Part shown: positions 30,568 through 41,079 of the stretch, piece by piece
How positions within the stretch are numbered: the first letter of the stretch is position 1
Layout of the letters: each line of letters begins with the position of its first letter
Assembly: GCA_963837175.1 (NCBI GenBank)
Contig: CAWIMJ010000046.1
Location: 1-64,000, forward strand
Length of the DNA: 64,000 nt
Origin: an uncultured Nitrososphaeraceae archaeon
GTDB lineage: Archaea > Thermoproteota > Nitrososphaeria > Nitrososphaerales > Nitrososphaeraceae
Direction of reading: 5' to 3'
The notes under the pieces: model-generated
Told to the model about the DNA's origin: nothing
What the model saw: the letters and a program-made list of their open reading frames with translations, nothing else
Databases searched by the model: none
Made by a program: the position numbers and the translations under genes

Positions 30568-31729
30568 TTACTGCACCTTTCTAAAAATATGAACAGCAGC
30601 ACTTGCACCAGTCGCCCCAAAATTATGTGTAAGAGCGGTTTCTGCGTTTTTAATAGTTCTTTCTCCTGCTTTGCCAGTAAACTGCTCAAAAACTTCTACA
30701 ACCTGACCTACACCTGTTGCACCTATTGGATGACCTTTTGATTTCAAACCTCCAGAAGGATTGATTGGAATTTCGCCATTTCTTCGAGTTGCTCCCTCTG
30801 TTACAGCACGAGCAGCAGTCCCTTTCGGAAAGAAACCAAGATCTTCAATATCAATTATTTCTGCGATTGTAAAGCAGTCATGCACTTCTGCAAAATCAAT
30901 GTCTTTTGGAGTAATCCCAGCCATTTTGTATGCTTGCTTGGCAGCTGATATTGTGCTTGGAATAGTAGTAATATCTTCACGAGATTGAACTGCCGCAGGC
31001 GAAGCTCCTCTGCCTGAACCTATAACTTCAATATACGGTTTTCCACTCTTCTTGGCAAACTCTTCATTACAAAGTATGATAGCTGATGCTCCATCTGAAA
31101 ACGGGCAGCAGTCATAAAAATTTCAAAGGTGAAGCCACGACAGGAGATTTCATTACATCATCAATTGTGATTTTTTTTCGAACATGAGCCTTTGGATTGA
31201 GAATTCCATTTTCATGGTTCTTCACGGCCACGTAGGCAAGGTCTTCTTCATTAGCCTTGTATGTAGTCATATATACCCTTGCTATTGATGCAAATAATCC
31301 AGGAAATGAGGCTCCATTTCCTCCTTCATAAAAGAAATCAGAACAGTAAGAAAATAAAGTAGTACTCTGACTAGTTCCTGTATGTGTTATTTTCTCGACA
31401 CCTAATGCAAGAACACAATCATAAAATCCTGCAGCTATATTGGCGTATGCTTCTCTAAACATAACAGAACCAGAACCACATGCAGACTCGATCGTAAGCC
31501 CTGGAACGTATGGAATTCCTAAGTTACTCATAATAACAGGTGCCATATGGACCTGCTTGTCAGTCACTCCAAAAACATTTGAGATATAACCCGCCTGAAT
31601 ATCCTTTGGTATAATACCTGCAGACTCTATCGCATCTTTTGAGGCATTTAATGCTATTTCAATAATACTTTCATTTAATTTACCGTATTTAGTACTGCCA
31701 GCCCCAAGGACGCAGACCTTATTTGTCAT
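30568..31729 (-). CDS. Acetyl-CoA acetyltransferase (archaeal thiolase); one-base frameshift at 31116-20
   Basis: ESACGSG, KNH.NG..NPKAH; removing one T gives PLKFYDCCPFSDGA; EVHDCFT, NPSGGL.SKGHPIGATG. Confidence 0.92.
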
Positions 31730-31839
31730 GTATTTAGAAATACCTTTTTGCGTATATATAAGAATTGTTAGACATCAATCTATACAATAATAACATCCAT
31801 ATTTATTCTATTTAATGTAATTCATGCATGACAATAAGG

Positions 31840-32962
31840 ATGAGACCATTTATACTTGTAATCTGTGAAAACCTCATGCCACACGAAAGATAGCACAAGC
31901 ACTTAGGATGAATTATTTCAAAAGATCCAAATCGTCAGATGGTGTTCCATTTTTTTATGCTGTTTCAAATAATAATAATCACTTTATGATATTCTCTTCT
32001 ATAGCCCACCTATACGGCTTGGTGGATGTCATAAGAATCGAGAGATACACCCTGCATTTGATTTAGAGTGGATGTCACTTCTCGCCAAGTCAGGTAGACT
32101 AATGAGTGGAGCAAATTATAAAATCAATATCAGAGGCTTCAAAAAGAGTTACCAGATTTATCCACGCCTGCGACTACGATCAAGCAGGTGAGGTCATCGG
32201 TTATAATATCCTTCAATATGCTTGTAAATTTAAGTATGAGGAATCCTTATGGGCTAAGTTTTCGACGCTTACCGATCAAGAAATAAGGGAATCGTTTGAT
32301 AATCTGCTAAAACCTAGCAGGGTATTGGCTGAAGCTGGTAGATCTAGGCATATCTTTGATTTCATATATTGAGTGAATCTTTCAAGAGATCTTTCACAAT
32401 TGTTTAAGGTAGGCAGTAATGGCAAGCAATATCATAACTTGTCCATTGGCAGAGTACAGGGACCTACTCTTTTATTTGTAGTACATAAAGAGATGGACAT
32501 TAGAATACATATTCCAGATCATTATTGGAGCATATCAGCAGATTTTGAAAAAAATGGGCACATAATTAAAGCCTTTTACAAAAAAGACAAAGTACAGACA
32601 TTATCAGAAGCAAATTCAATAATGAATGCTTGTAATGGCAAAGATGGATTAGTCAGTCAAATTAAAGTTCGAAAAATGGTACCTCATCCTCCCACTCCAT
32701 TAAATCTAAGCGATTTACAAAGAGAAGCATATAGATTATTCAAACTTTCTCCTTCTTGCATGCTTTCAATTGCAGAAAGTCTTTATCTCAGTGAGGCGAT
32801 TTCTTATCCGCGAACATCAAGTCAGAAGTTGCCATTATCTAGAGACTACAAGAAAATCATTACATCTATCTGAAGTGAATAACAATTACGAAAGCAAGCG
32901 CAGCATTACTCTCCAAGGATCGTCTTTTACAGAATGAAGGAATTAAAACCGATCCTACACTA
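31840..32962 (+). pseudogene. topA: DNA topoisomerase IA pseudogene, 3' truncated
   Basis: LVICE, HLYGL, ACDYDQAGEVIG (TOPRIM), LSIGRVQGPTL, ISYPRTSS (catalytic Tyr); several frameshifts, in-frame TGA at 32370-72, ends at DPTH. Confidence 0.9.
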
Positions 32963-32978
32963 GGCTCTGTCAGTCAAA
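32963..32978 (+). mobile_element. Isolated IS terminal-inverted-repeat-like sequence
   Basis: GGCTCTGTCAGTCAA at the topA break; resembles reverse complement of 61881-96 (GGCTTTGTTTACTTAA) and IS6-type ends. Confidence 0.4.
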
Positions 32979-32992
32979 GAATAAATGAGTAG

Positions 32993-33829
32993 CTAACTAA
33001 ATACACTGGTATTCTTGCCATAGACATCAGTTCGGCGATTTTTCAAAAGTGGAAGTAGTTCTCGTACCTTCTGGACTCTAGGTTTATCAATCTCAACAAC
33101 TTCCATTCCTTCTCTATTTCCCATATCTAACAGAACTACACCAAATGGATCTACAGCCATACTTCTGCCAGAAAAAATGTTGCCAATTTGATTGGGTGCA
33201 ATCATGTATGAACCATTTTCAATAGCCCTCGCTTTAAGTAATGTCTGCCAGTGTTCTTCCTTCATAACGCCGTGAACCCATGCGGAAGGAGAGACCAAAA
33301 TATTGGCACCCTTAACCGTCAAAATCCTAGACATTTCAGGAAAACGAATATCATAACAAATCATCAATCCTAGGTTTCCTACCGATGTCTTGACAGGCTT
33401 TTCAATCATATTACCAGCCATCATCTTATCAGATTCTTTAAATCCTAGTGCATCATAAAGATGTAATTTGCGGTAAATTGAAGATATTTCACCATTGCTG
33501 TCAATAAGAACTGCTGTATCGTACACACGATTATCAAACCTACTACCATTTTTTTCATAAATTGTTGATATGATGCTAATCTTGTTTACCTTGGCAGCTT
33601 TCCGCAGAGTAGCTATGAAATTTCCATCATTAACAGATTCTGCCTTTTCGGATAACTGCTTTGCAGACATACTCATTGGTGAATAAGCCATTTGGAATTC
33701 AGGAAAACATATCATACTTGATTTCTTCTTCGCAGCTTCTCTGATAAAGTCGATTGACAATTCCAGATTTTCCATCTTGTCTTCTGATGATCTCATCTGT
33801 ACTATAGCGACGAAAGGAAACTGTGGCAT
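32993..33829 (-). CDS. Carbon-nitrogen hydrolase (Nit1/Nit2-like amidase)
   Basis: E-K-C triad: FPE, YRKLHLYD, ICYDIRFPE; ARAIEN. Confidence 0.93.
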   Translation of the reverse strand: MPQFPFVAIVQMRSSEDKMENLELSIDFIREAAKKKSSMICFPEFQMAYSPMSMSAKQLSEKAESVNDGNFIATLRKAAKVNKISIISTIYEKNGSRFDNRVYDTAVLIDSNGEISSIYRKLHLYDALGFKESDKMMAGNMIEKPVKTSVGNLGLMICYDIRFPEMSRILTVKGANILVSPSAWVHGVMKEEHWQTLLKARAIENGSYMIAPNQIGNIFSGRSMAVDPFGVVLLDMGNREGMEVVEIDKPRVQKVRELLPLLKNRRTDVYGKNTSVFS

Positions 33830-33881
33830 TTTTCAGTCTAGTAGTGCTCATCAAAGCATAAAATAAAATAGTTTGCTACTA

Positions 33882-34058
33882 TTAAAGGGGCTTTCCTGAA
33901 ATATACCAATCCTCCTTAGATTTTTCATCATATACAATAATTATGTGTTCAGCTTTAGCTTTTAGGATTTCCATCGCAGCTTCAGTTATCGCCTTTGCAA
34001 ATTCTTGTTTTTGTTCTTTAGTTCTTCCAGGATACAGTGAAATTGAAATTAGAGGCAT
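33882..34058 (-). CDS. 4-oxalocrotonate tautomerase family protein, 58 aa (not in ORF track)
   Basis: MPLISISLYPGRTKEQKQEFAKAITEAAMEILKAKAEHIIIVYDEKSKEDWYISGKPL*: Pro-1, GR..EQK, W..G. Confidence 0.92.
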   Translation of the reverse strand: MPLISISLYPGRTKEQKQEFAKAITEAAMEILKAKAEHIIIVYDEKSKEDWYISGKPL

Positions 34059-34190
34059 ATACAGAAATTAATTCATAGATAATTAAACCCTCTGTATAGA
34101 TGGAGTTGAAATGAAACCATTATATAACAACACGCAAATTACAAACAATTGTTCATATTGGCAATCGATTTTTAATCTCAATTAGAATAT

Positions 34191-35009
34191 TCATTCATAA
34201 AGGATTATAAAATTGGCTGATATAATAGCTCCTATTATTGCACTTATCAAATTAACCGTATTATTATTAACTATTGATATCCCTTTTTCTGGAATGGTAG
34301 GAAAATTGCAATGTATGGATCTTTTTTCTAGAGATTTTCTACAATTTACGCACCTGTATTTAGCTTGAATAGTCGCTCCAAAAATGCTATCGATATTTGT
34401 CGATATCATTCCACCGACAATAGCCGCTGAAATTATAATAGGTATACGCAATGATATATTTTCTGATATTAATAGTCCACATATTATTCCTATTAAAAGG
34501 GAACCCATAAGTGCAGCAATCTCCCCTTGAATTGTGACTCCCCCTGACTGACCTTTATCAATTTGCTTACCTGTTAATAGTGATCTTGGTTTTACTTTAC
34601 TCAATAAGCCTAATTCAGTTGCAATAGTATCCGAAAGGGCAAAACTTATTGAACCAACAAAACATAGCATAAAGATTGGATCATTACGTGATATATAATA
34701 AAGGATAGCAATAGTTGCTAATGGCCCTCCATTTGCTAGTACGTTTCTCCATCCTCGTGCACCATTATTTTCCTCAGCCACTCCCATCCTCTGTTTCTGT
34801 TTATATTTATACTTGGTAAACAGCGAAGCAATTAGGAAAAATAATAACAAGACAATAAACCATGAAGTACCACCAAAATATAATATAATAAAACCTATAG
34901 GAATGGCAGTTAATGCACCATATTTATCGATTACATTTATTTTGTAAGCAAAAATAGTCATGACGACGATACTACTAAGCCATACCATAACTTGTTCTAC
35001 AAGAAACAT
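34191..35009 (-). CDS. DUF92/TMEM19 family membrane protein
   Basis: RGWRNVLANG, DTIATELG, SGGVT..G, DSIFGATIQ, NN.VN. Confidence 0.92.
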   Translation of the reverse strand: MFLVEQVMVWLSSIVVMTIFAYKINVIDKYGALTAIPIGFIILYFGGTSWFIVLLLFFLIASLFTKYKYKQKQRMGVAEENNGARGWRNVLANGGPLATIAILYYISRNDPIFMLCFVGSISFALSDTIATELGLLSKVKPRSLLTGKQIDKGQSGGVTIQGEIAALMGSLLIGIICGLLISENISLRIPIIISAAIVGGMISTNIDSIFGATIQAKYRCVNCRKSLEKRSIHCNFPTIPEKGISIVNNNTVNLISAIIGAIISANFIILYE

Positions 35010-35702
35010 ATCTATTATAACTCAAATTATCTAATTAAGTTCTGTTGTAGATTGAAAAATTACTTAGGAAGTAGATTATACTCCAGATAATTTTCTGAGA
35101 TACTTTTTTGTGCCAGTTCGTAGGGGCAAAGATTAGATATCCTTGGATAAATGTAACTGGCATAGATAACTTCAGAACCTTTTCATAATCGCTCATAACC
35201 AACAGAATCATATTCAATTTTTTACTATAGCCAATTCCTTTAATCCATATTTATTTCTTGATATCTGTAGTTTCGGCCTAGGTTCTATTCATCATACTCG
35301 AATATTCCAAAGTAATTGTTGATATTAATTTAAAAATTTGTATAAATTATTGAACATTAAATGCTTTAATAAGGAGGACATTAAATTTCTCGTTTTCATT
35401 ATAAGTAGCGACACAATGTACATCTATGATTTGGTTTGATACCTAGTCCTATGAATAATAATTGATATATTTTTACTAACTATCTGTTCTTCCCTTGGCT
35501 CTCAAAGGATAATAGATTCGATTTATAGTGGCCATTTAGTGATTAAAAAGACATGCGTGTTTATAATAAGTTGCTGTTATACAGAATTAAAATGATACAG
35601 TAGTTGCCTAGCATGATATTCTAGCTAGGTCTATTATGTAATAATAGTATTCCTATGTAAGCTTTAATATACTTAGATTCGATATCAGCGGATTATTAAA
35701 AA

Positions 35703-36380
35703 ATGAAATCATCAGAAGAATCTATGTATTGGATTAATGAAAGGATAACCCAATGTAAATTGTGTCCCCGTTTATCAAATTACATCGGGGTGATTGGTAA
35801 ATCAAAGGTAAAAAGATTCATAAATGAACAATATTGGGCGAGGCCTCTTCCAGGTTTTGGAGATATAGAAGCAAAGTTATTAATTATTGGCCTGGCACCT
35901 GCTGCCCACGGTGGAAATAGAACAGGTAGAATGTTTACAGGCGACAGCTCGGGAGATTGGGTTACAAAAGCTTTATTTCAAACGGGATTTGCGAATATAC
36001 CTACAAGCCACTTTAGAAATGATGGACTCATTTTAAAAGGCGCCTATATTGTTGCAGCAGTGAGATGTGCTCCACCTAATAACAAACCAACTCCTATTGA
36101 AATATCTAATTGTTCACAATATCTCTTGGCAGAATTAAAGATTTTACATTCTACAGAAGTTATCTTGGCTCTTGGAAAAATTGCTTTTGATGCATTTTGT
36201 AAAGCCAGTAATTTAAAAGGATTAGCTTTTGACCATGGCGCTCGTTACTGTATTAAGGGAAACAAGATTCTGCTTGCTTCTTATCATCCTAGCAGACAGA
36301 ATACAAACACTCATAAGTTAACATGGCAAATGTGGATGGATATTTTCAAAACTGTCAGATCACTAATATCAGATAGATAG
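35703..36380 (+). CDS. udgB: Uracil-DNA glycosylase family 5
   Basis: CKLCPRL, GLAPAAHGGNRTGRMFTGDSSG, RCAPP.NKP, YHPSRQNTNT. Confidence 0.93.
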   Translation: MKSSEESMYWINERITQCKLCPRLSNYIGVIGKSKVKRFINEQYWARPLPGFGDIEAKLLIIGLAPAAHGGNRTGRMFTGDSSGDWVTKALFQTGFANIPTSHFRNDGLILKGAYIVAAVRCAPPNNKPTPIEISNCSQYLLAELKILHSTEVILALGKIAFDAFCKASNLKGLAFDHGARYCIKGNKILLASYHPSRQNTNTHKLTWQMWMDIFKTVRSLISDR

Positions 36381-36390
36381 ATAGATAGAT
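36371..36390 (+). repeat. (AGAT)5 microsatellite across the udgB stop
   Basis: agatagatagatagatagat. Confidence 0.85.
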
Positions 36391-36816
36391 GACTTTTCAC
36401 TTAACAACAAGTCTATAGATCGAGACATCATAATTCGCTTTATATTCAAGGGAAGTAGAACATTGGCAAAGTATGATTACTCTTTACAAAGAAAAAAGAT
36501 GCGAACTGGAACAGCTATAGAATTGATTATTTTGGTTTGTCGTTTATATTGAATAAAATGCTTATTAGACAAGAAGACTCTTAAATGTAGTGCCAATAAA
36601 TATATAAAGTCTAGCAAAAGGTGAAAGATAACCTGAAGCTTCTTTCAACTCTACATCAAGGTTTGGTTTTCATAGGTTTTCATAATTCTATTGTTATAGG
36701 TATATTAGTCGCCTACTTGTTATCTAATATCAGTGATTGTTGATAGTTAAGAATGTTTAAGTTCTATTACTGCACTTCATTTTTCAGTGAAATCATGCTG
36801 CATTATATACAGCACA

Positions 36817-37548
36817 ATGAAGAGGGAAGCTGTAAAAACAATAGTCCTAATTTTGGGATTTATTATAATATTTTTAACAATCCATTATGGTAATAAATCG
36901 ACAGTATTCGCACAAAATCTTGCTAATAATAGTAATAATTTTTTTCTGGCTAACGGGACATTTATAAAAAGCAATAGTATGACAGATTATGTTAACATCA
37001 GTTCTCTTATCAGCGACGACTATAATATAGAAGGAACAATAAATGGTCAGATTAGTGCAAAATCAGAAGAATTAGCAACAAATAAGGACAATCAGACCTC
37101 ACTTGACGCGGATTTACCAGTGCAGATGTACCTTTTAGGTGGAAAATTGAGACTTGATGTGTCTAAGGGATACGTCAAATATTTCAAGGCAAATATAACA
37201 ATGATAACAACTATGGGTAGCGAGATCCATGAGCATCTGATAATTTTCAAACCTTATACTGCTGGGATTGCTTTACTAACTAATAATAGTGCAACGACAC
37301 AGAATATGAATATAACAAGTAATAATAGTTCTATATCACGAAATGGATATAATAGTATAGTATTCTCAGGTGTAGCCGACATAATAACAAATGGAGTAAT
37401 GCAGTGGATAGAGGTACCAATATCTGTCTCTATATTAAACGAGAAGGTAATTACCATTGAATTAGATTCAAATAGAATTGATAATCATTTCTTCGGTGCA
37501 CCGATCTACGCTCTAGTAAGTACAATTGAACCACTTGCATCTACGTAG
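36817..37548 (+). CDS. Secreted hypothetical protein
   Basis: ATG at 36817 (MKREAVK), signal peptide ending VFAQ, many NxS/T; C-terminal W..VPISVSI...IDNHFFGAPIY. Confidence 0.8.
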   Translation: MKREAVKTIVLILGFIIIFLTIHYGNKSTVFAQNLANNSNNFFLANGTFIKSNSMTDYVNISSLISDDYNIEGTINGQISAKSEELATNKDNQTSLDADLPVQMYLLGGKLRLDVSKGYVKYFKANITMITTMGSEIHEHLIIFKPYTAGIALLTNNSATTQNMNITSNNSSISRNGYNSIVFSGVADIITNGVMQWIEVPISVSILNEKVITIELDSNRIDNHFFGAPIYALVSTIEPLAST

Positions 37549-38051
37549 AAAAATAGCAGATGATCTAGTTTCACGGTAAATACAATAGCGCTATTGATAG
37601 TTTTTAAATATTTATTCAAACATAATCGGAATATATGAAATAAAGAACAATAGCGCCGGCTTTAACATAGCACGATTTAGATAATAAAATTTTATTGTAG
37701 GATATAAATTCAAGTTTCTATTTATATTCTTATATTATTTTTGTATTATGATTAATATAACTTATCATATATTTGATAGAAAACATTGACCAAGATTTGT
37801 TTTTACATAGGTGGTTGTTCCATAATTTTCAATGTTTCCATCTATAATAGAGAATATAGTTCCTTAAGTTTAGGCATTTCTTAGTTGAAGATTGATTTAG
37901 GTGTGCTCCATATAATCTTAGCATTTCCATCTGGAACATTTTTGGGAATATTACCTAAGTATTGCTCCTAATTCTTCTATATTTATTGAGTTGTTGATTA
38001 ACAATTATTGAGAGTAAGTCTTAACTAAGTACTATAGACGAAGTTCTCTCC

Positions 38052-38474
38052 TTGCAAGTGTCAGCCTCCTCGCATTACTTATATTCCTGGAGTAAATTCG
38101 GAAGAGAAGCTGAATTTGTTGTTGTGCTGTATCTTAAATTAAAAGGATGGGACATAAAGCTTTCCAAAGGAAGTAGGGGACCAGCAGACATTATCGCTAC
38201 TCGGGCTTTTAAAAAGTGGCTGATCCAAGTAAAATCAAGCAGCTTGATACCTCGGTTGAAAGGCTCAGAGGTAAAACGACTTCGGAAAATGGCTCAACGA
38301 GATAAAGGCCACGCTGTAATTGCCACTTTGCAGCCAATAGAAACTGCGATTGGAACGCCAATGACAGAACAAAATATTTTGGAGTTATATACAAAAGACA
38401 CAGCAATATTACAATTTGGAAATTATGCCATGTCTTTCTATTCTCTTAAAGATTGGAAAAGATTAAGACCTTAA
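38052..38474 (+). CDS. Hjc-like PD-(D/E)xK nuclease
   Basis: GREAE...L..KGW....S.GSRGPADIIA......LIQVKS. Confidence 0.75.
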   Translation: MQVSASSHYLYSWSKFGREAEFVVVLYLKLKGWDIKLSKGSRGPADIIATRAFKKWLIQVKSSSLIPRLKGSEVKRLRKMAQRDKGHAVIATLQPIETAIGTPMTEQNILELYTKDTAILQFGNYAMSFYSLKDWKRLRP

Positions 38475-38725
38475 GACAGTGATTGATAATTCATGATGTT
38501 GTATTAAGCCCACATTTCTTTCATTATTGCATTCCCATTGGAATCAAGTAATAAAATCATCAAAGGATCCTTTATAGTTCTTTATTCTTAAAGATCATTC
38601 TTATTATATATCATTCTCAATTATATGTGGCTGACCGCTACCCTGCTATGCATAAGCCTGAGTTAAGTTTACATAGAACAATTTTCTCTAATGGTTATAG
38701 GACATATCTCTGCAGATAACTTACG

Positions 38726-39154
38726 ATGACATCACACGAAGGACCCACAATATTATGGAATATGCTTAAGGGTAAGAAGGTCAAAAGCAATGACGGAAAG
38801 GATGTCGGCGAAATTAAAGAGATATCTCTGAATTTCTTACGATTAGAAAAGGGTACACTAAGTAAGGACAAATTTTGGATTCCAAAATATATAGCTGATG
38901 CTTTTGACGGTAAGACATTATGGCTTTTAGTAAGCGAAGAGGAACTCCTTGGTAAATATTTCTATGGGAGTGAACCACCAACAGATCAATATTCAAAAGA
39001 CTTTGAAGCGTTTAAGACTACATCATATGGACAAAAGGTAACATTTCTTCCAGACTTGGATCAAAATGTGAGAGTAATCGAGGAAAAAACTACAGGCGTT
39101 GAGACTAAAACTCAGAAGGAAACAGAATATAAAAATATTCGAGATATAGAATAA
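38726..39154 (+). CDS. PRC-barrel-like protein
   Basis: LKGKKVKSNDGKDVGEIKEI....L.LEKG......FWIP....AFDG. Confidence 0.75.
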   Translation: MTSHEGPTILWNMLKGKKVKSNDGKDVGEIKEISLNFLRLEKGTLSKDKFWIPKYIADAFDGKTLWLLVSEEELLGKYFYGSEPPTDQYSKDFEAFKTTSYGQKVTFLPDLDQNVRVIEEKTTGVETKTQKETEYKNIRDIE

Positions 39155-39359
39155 AAATTGTATTTAACACAATCTTTAATAGCAAAGGGATAAAAATTAT
39201 TATTCTATATAAAGAAAAATATTTAAACTGATGCAATATCACCTATTCTCTAATTCCGTAGTTAGATCTACTATCACAATTAGTAACACCAGTTTTTTAA
39301 AATCTGAAATATTTTTCACACCTATCAGAGTTATATTTTGTTATCGTCAAGATTAATAA

Positions 39360-39839
39360 TTGACTGGTGAAAATATCTCTTTTATGGACCAGCAACAAAT
39401 CGTTCCTCATACAATGTTGTGGTTATGTTTTGCTTCACTAGTTCTCGTGTACAGTGTTATGCTGATAGGAGTGTACATTAGTGCTTCTAACGTGCGTTTA
39501 TTTTGTACTGAATGGCCACTCTGTCCTAATGGATTTAATTTCCCACCTCCAAAATATTTCTTTGAACACTATCATAGAGTTTTGGTCGTCATTACAGGAG
39601 TTTTTATTTATGCTATTGCCGCATATGCTATTAAAAATGCTAGAATCACACGAAAGTATGCTATAGCATCGAGCATCATCATTTCATTCCAAATTTTATT
39701 GGGTATGCTAGTGGTCAATACTAAATTGCAATCTTTGATTGTGGCAATACATTTGTCAACGGGAGTTCTACTATTTGGTATGACACTAATGACTTTTCTG
39801 TCAGCTTACAAGGTAATAGAGAAAAAATCTGCAATATAA
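39360..39839 (+). CDS. ctaA: Short 4-TM heme A synthase (COX15/CtaA-like)
   Basis: CTEWPLC loop, EHYHR, Q..LG..VV, IH in last helix. Confidence 0.8.
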   Translation: MTGENISFMDQQQIVPHTMLWLCFASLVLVYSVMLIGVYISASNVRLFCTEWPLCPNGFNFPPPKYFFEHYHRVLVVITGVFIYAIAAYAIKNARITRKYAIASSIIISFQILLGMLVVNTKLQSLIVAIHLSTGVLLFGMTLMTFLSAYKVIEKKSAI

Positions 39840-40020
39840 TGAGTAGAATAGAACTACAAATACCTTTAGTCTATATTAATTCAAAAGTTGCAAATAACGC
39901 TACTAGTAGTAATATCGGCGTATAACTATGATTACCTCTCTAAACTTAAATTTTTGAAGATATGTTGATCCAAGAAATATAGACGAAAGAGATAAATTGA
40001 AAGTAAAGTCTGTTGTATCA

Positions 40021-40431
40021 ATGAATAAACGACAATCTGCGACTAACGCAATTTTGTCTGGAATTGCGTTTTTAGCCTTACTTGCACCATTTTCATTTGA
40101 TGTCACCAGTCAATTTACACAGCAAGCATTAGGGCAAGATACTGCTCCAATAAATGCAACGACCACAGTAATTAATCAAACTGATAGGACTTTAATGCCA
40201 GTTGTGATCAATATTACACGTAACGCCAATGCAACAGGTACTGCAGCGGACTATATCGTAAATATAACAACTTCTTCTATGACTAATACCTCTGCAATGT
40301 CAGGCAATCAAACTGGTCTTGAGATAACACCTTTTCTGGTAGACGTACTTCGTAATACTAATGCAACAAGTATAGCAGCGGAATACATAGTAAACATAAC
40401 AACTGGTGCTAATGATACAACTCGACAATAA
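40021..40431 (+). CDS. Secreted Asn/Thr-rich protein with internal duplication
   Basis: Signal peptide; RNANATGTAADYIVNITT / RNTNATSIAAEYIVNITT. Confidence 0.8.
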   Translation: MNKRQSATNAILSGIAFLALLAPFSFDVTSQFTQQALGQDTAPINATTTVINQTDRTLMPVVINITRNANATGTAADYIVNITTSSMTNTSAMSGNQTGLEITPFLVDVLRNTNATSIAAEYIVNITTGANDTTRQ

Positions 40432-41079
40432 AAATATATATCACAATCTTTCCTTTTTCATAGAACAAAATTATGACATAAGTTAGAAATTAACTTTATT
40501 ATCCTTGTATTCTATATATTATCAAATCTACAAAGAGCAAAGAAAACTCTAAAAGTGAGATATTGTTTCGCATTAGACAGCATATATTTAGAATTTTTAG
40601 CAATTCAACAGGTAAAAGAAAGATAGAAAGACCTTACTGCATAATTGCGTCCAATGTAATCTATATCGATATAATTGGAAGTAATGCCAAACTGTCGATG
40701 GTATTATATTAGATAAATTTTAAAATATATCTATTACATATTAATTTTGAAAAGCGTTTTCATTAATCATCACAAGAATGGTCGTGATTGATGTTAAAAT
40801 ATATACCGTCCTCAATCATAAAATGTGATTTAGATATTCATTTCTATAAAAATCTATAACGATACAGAAATGCTGCAGTAAGATTGATGACTTCAATTTC
40901 CTTAGATTGTTAACAATTCTATTTTGACTTCTAACAATAAAATGATGAGTTGTGTGTGCCAAGTATAAAAAAAGTTACAATACAGGCGACTTCATTTATG
41001 ATAATAGGTTTAACCTACATAGTTCCGAATTATCATGCATTGTATGCCATGTTACTAATAAAATTAAGTAATCAATTGA

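Noticed and set aside
32370-32372. In-frame TGA in topA as selenocysteine or readthrough
   Set aside because: Sits at a position normally Gly, in a gene with several other lesions.
37803-37970. Minus-strand fragment NVPDGNAKIIWSTPKSIFN*EMPKLKELYSLL*METLKIMEQPPM
   Set aside because: Protein-like but has two stops and no start; unassignable remnant.
40778-41065. Possible uracil phosphoribosyltransferase remnant (IYTVLNH..., YIVPNYHALYAML)
   Set aside because: Similarity too faint to support without a search.
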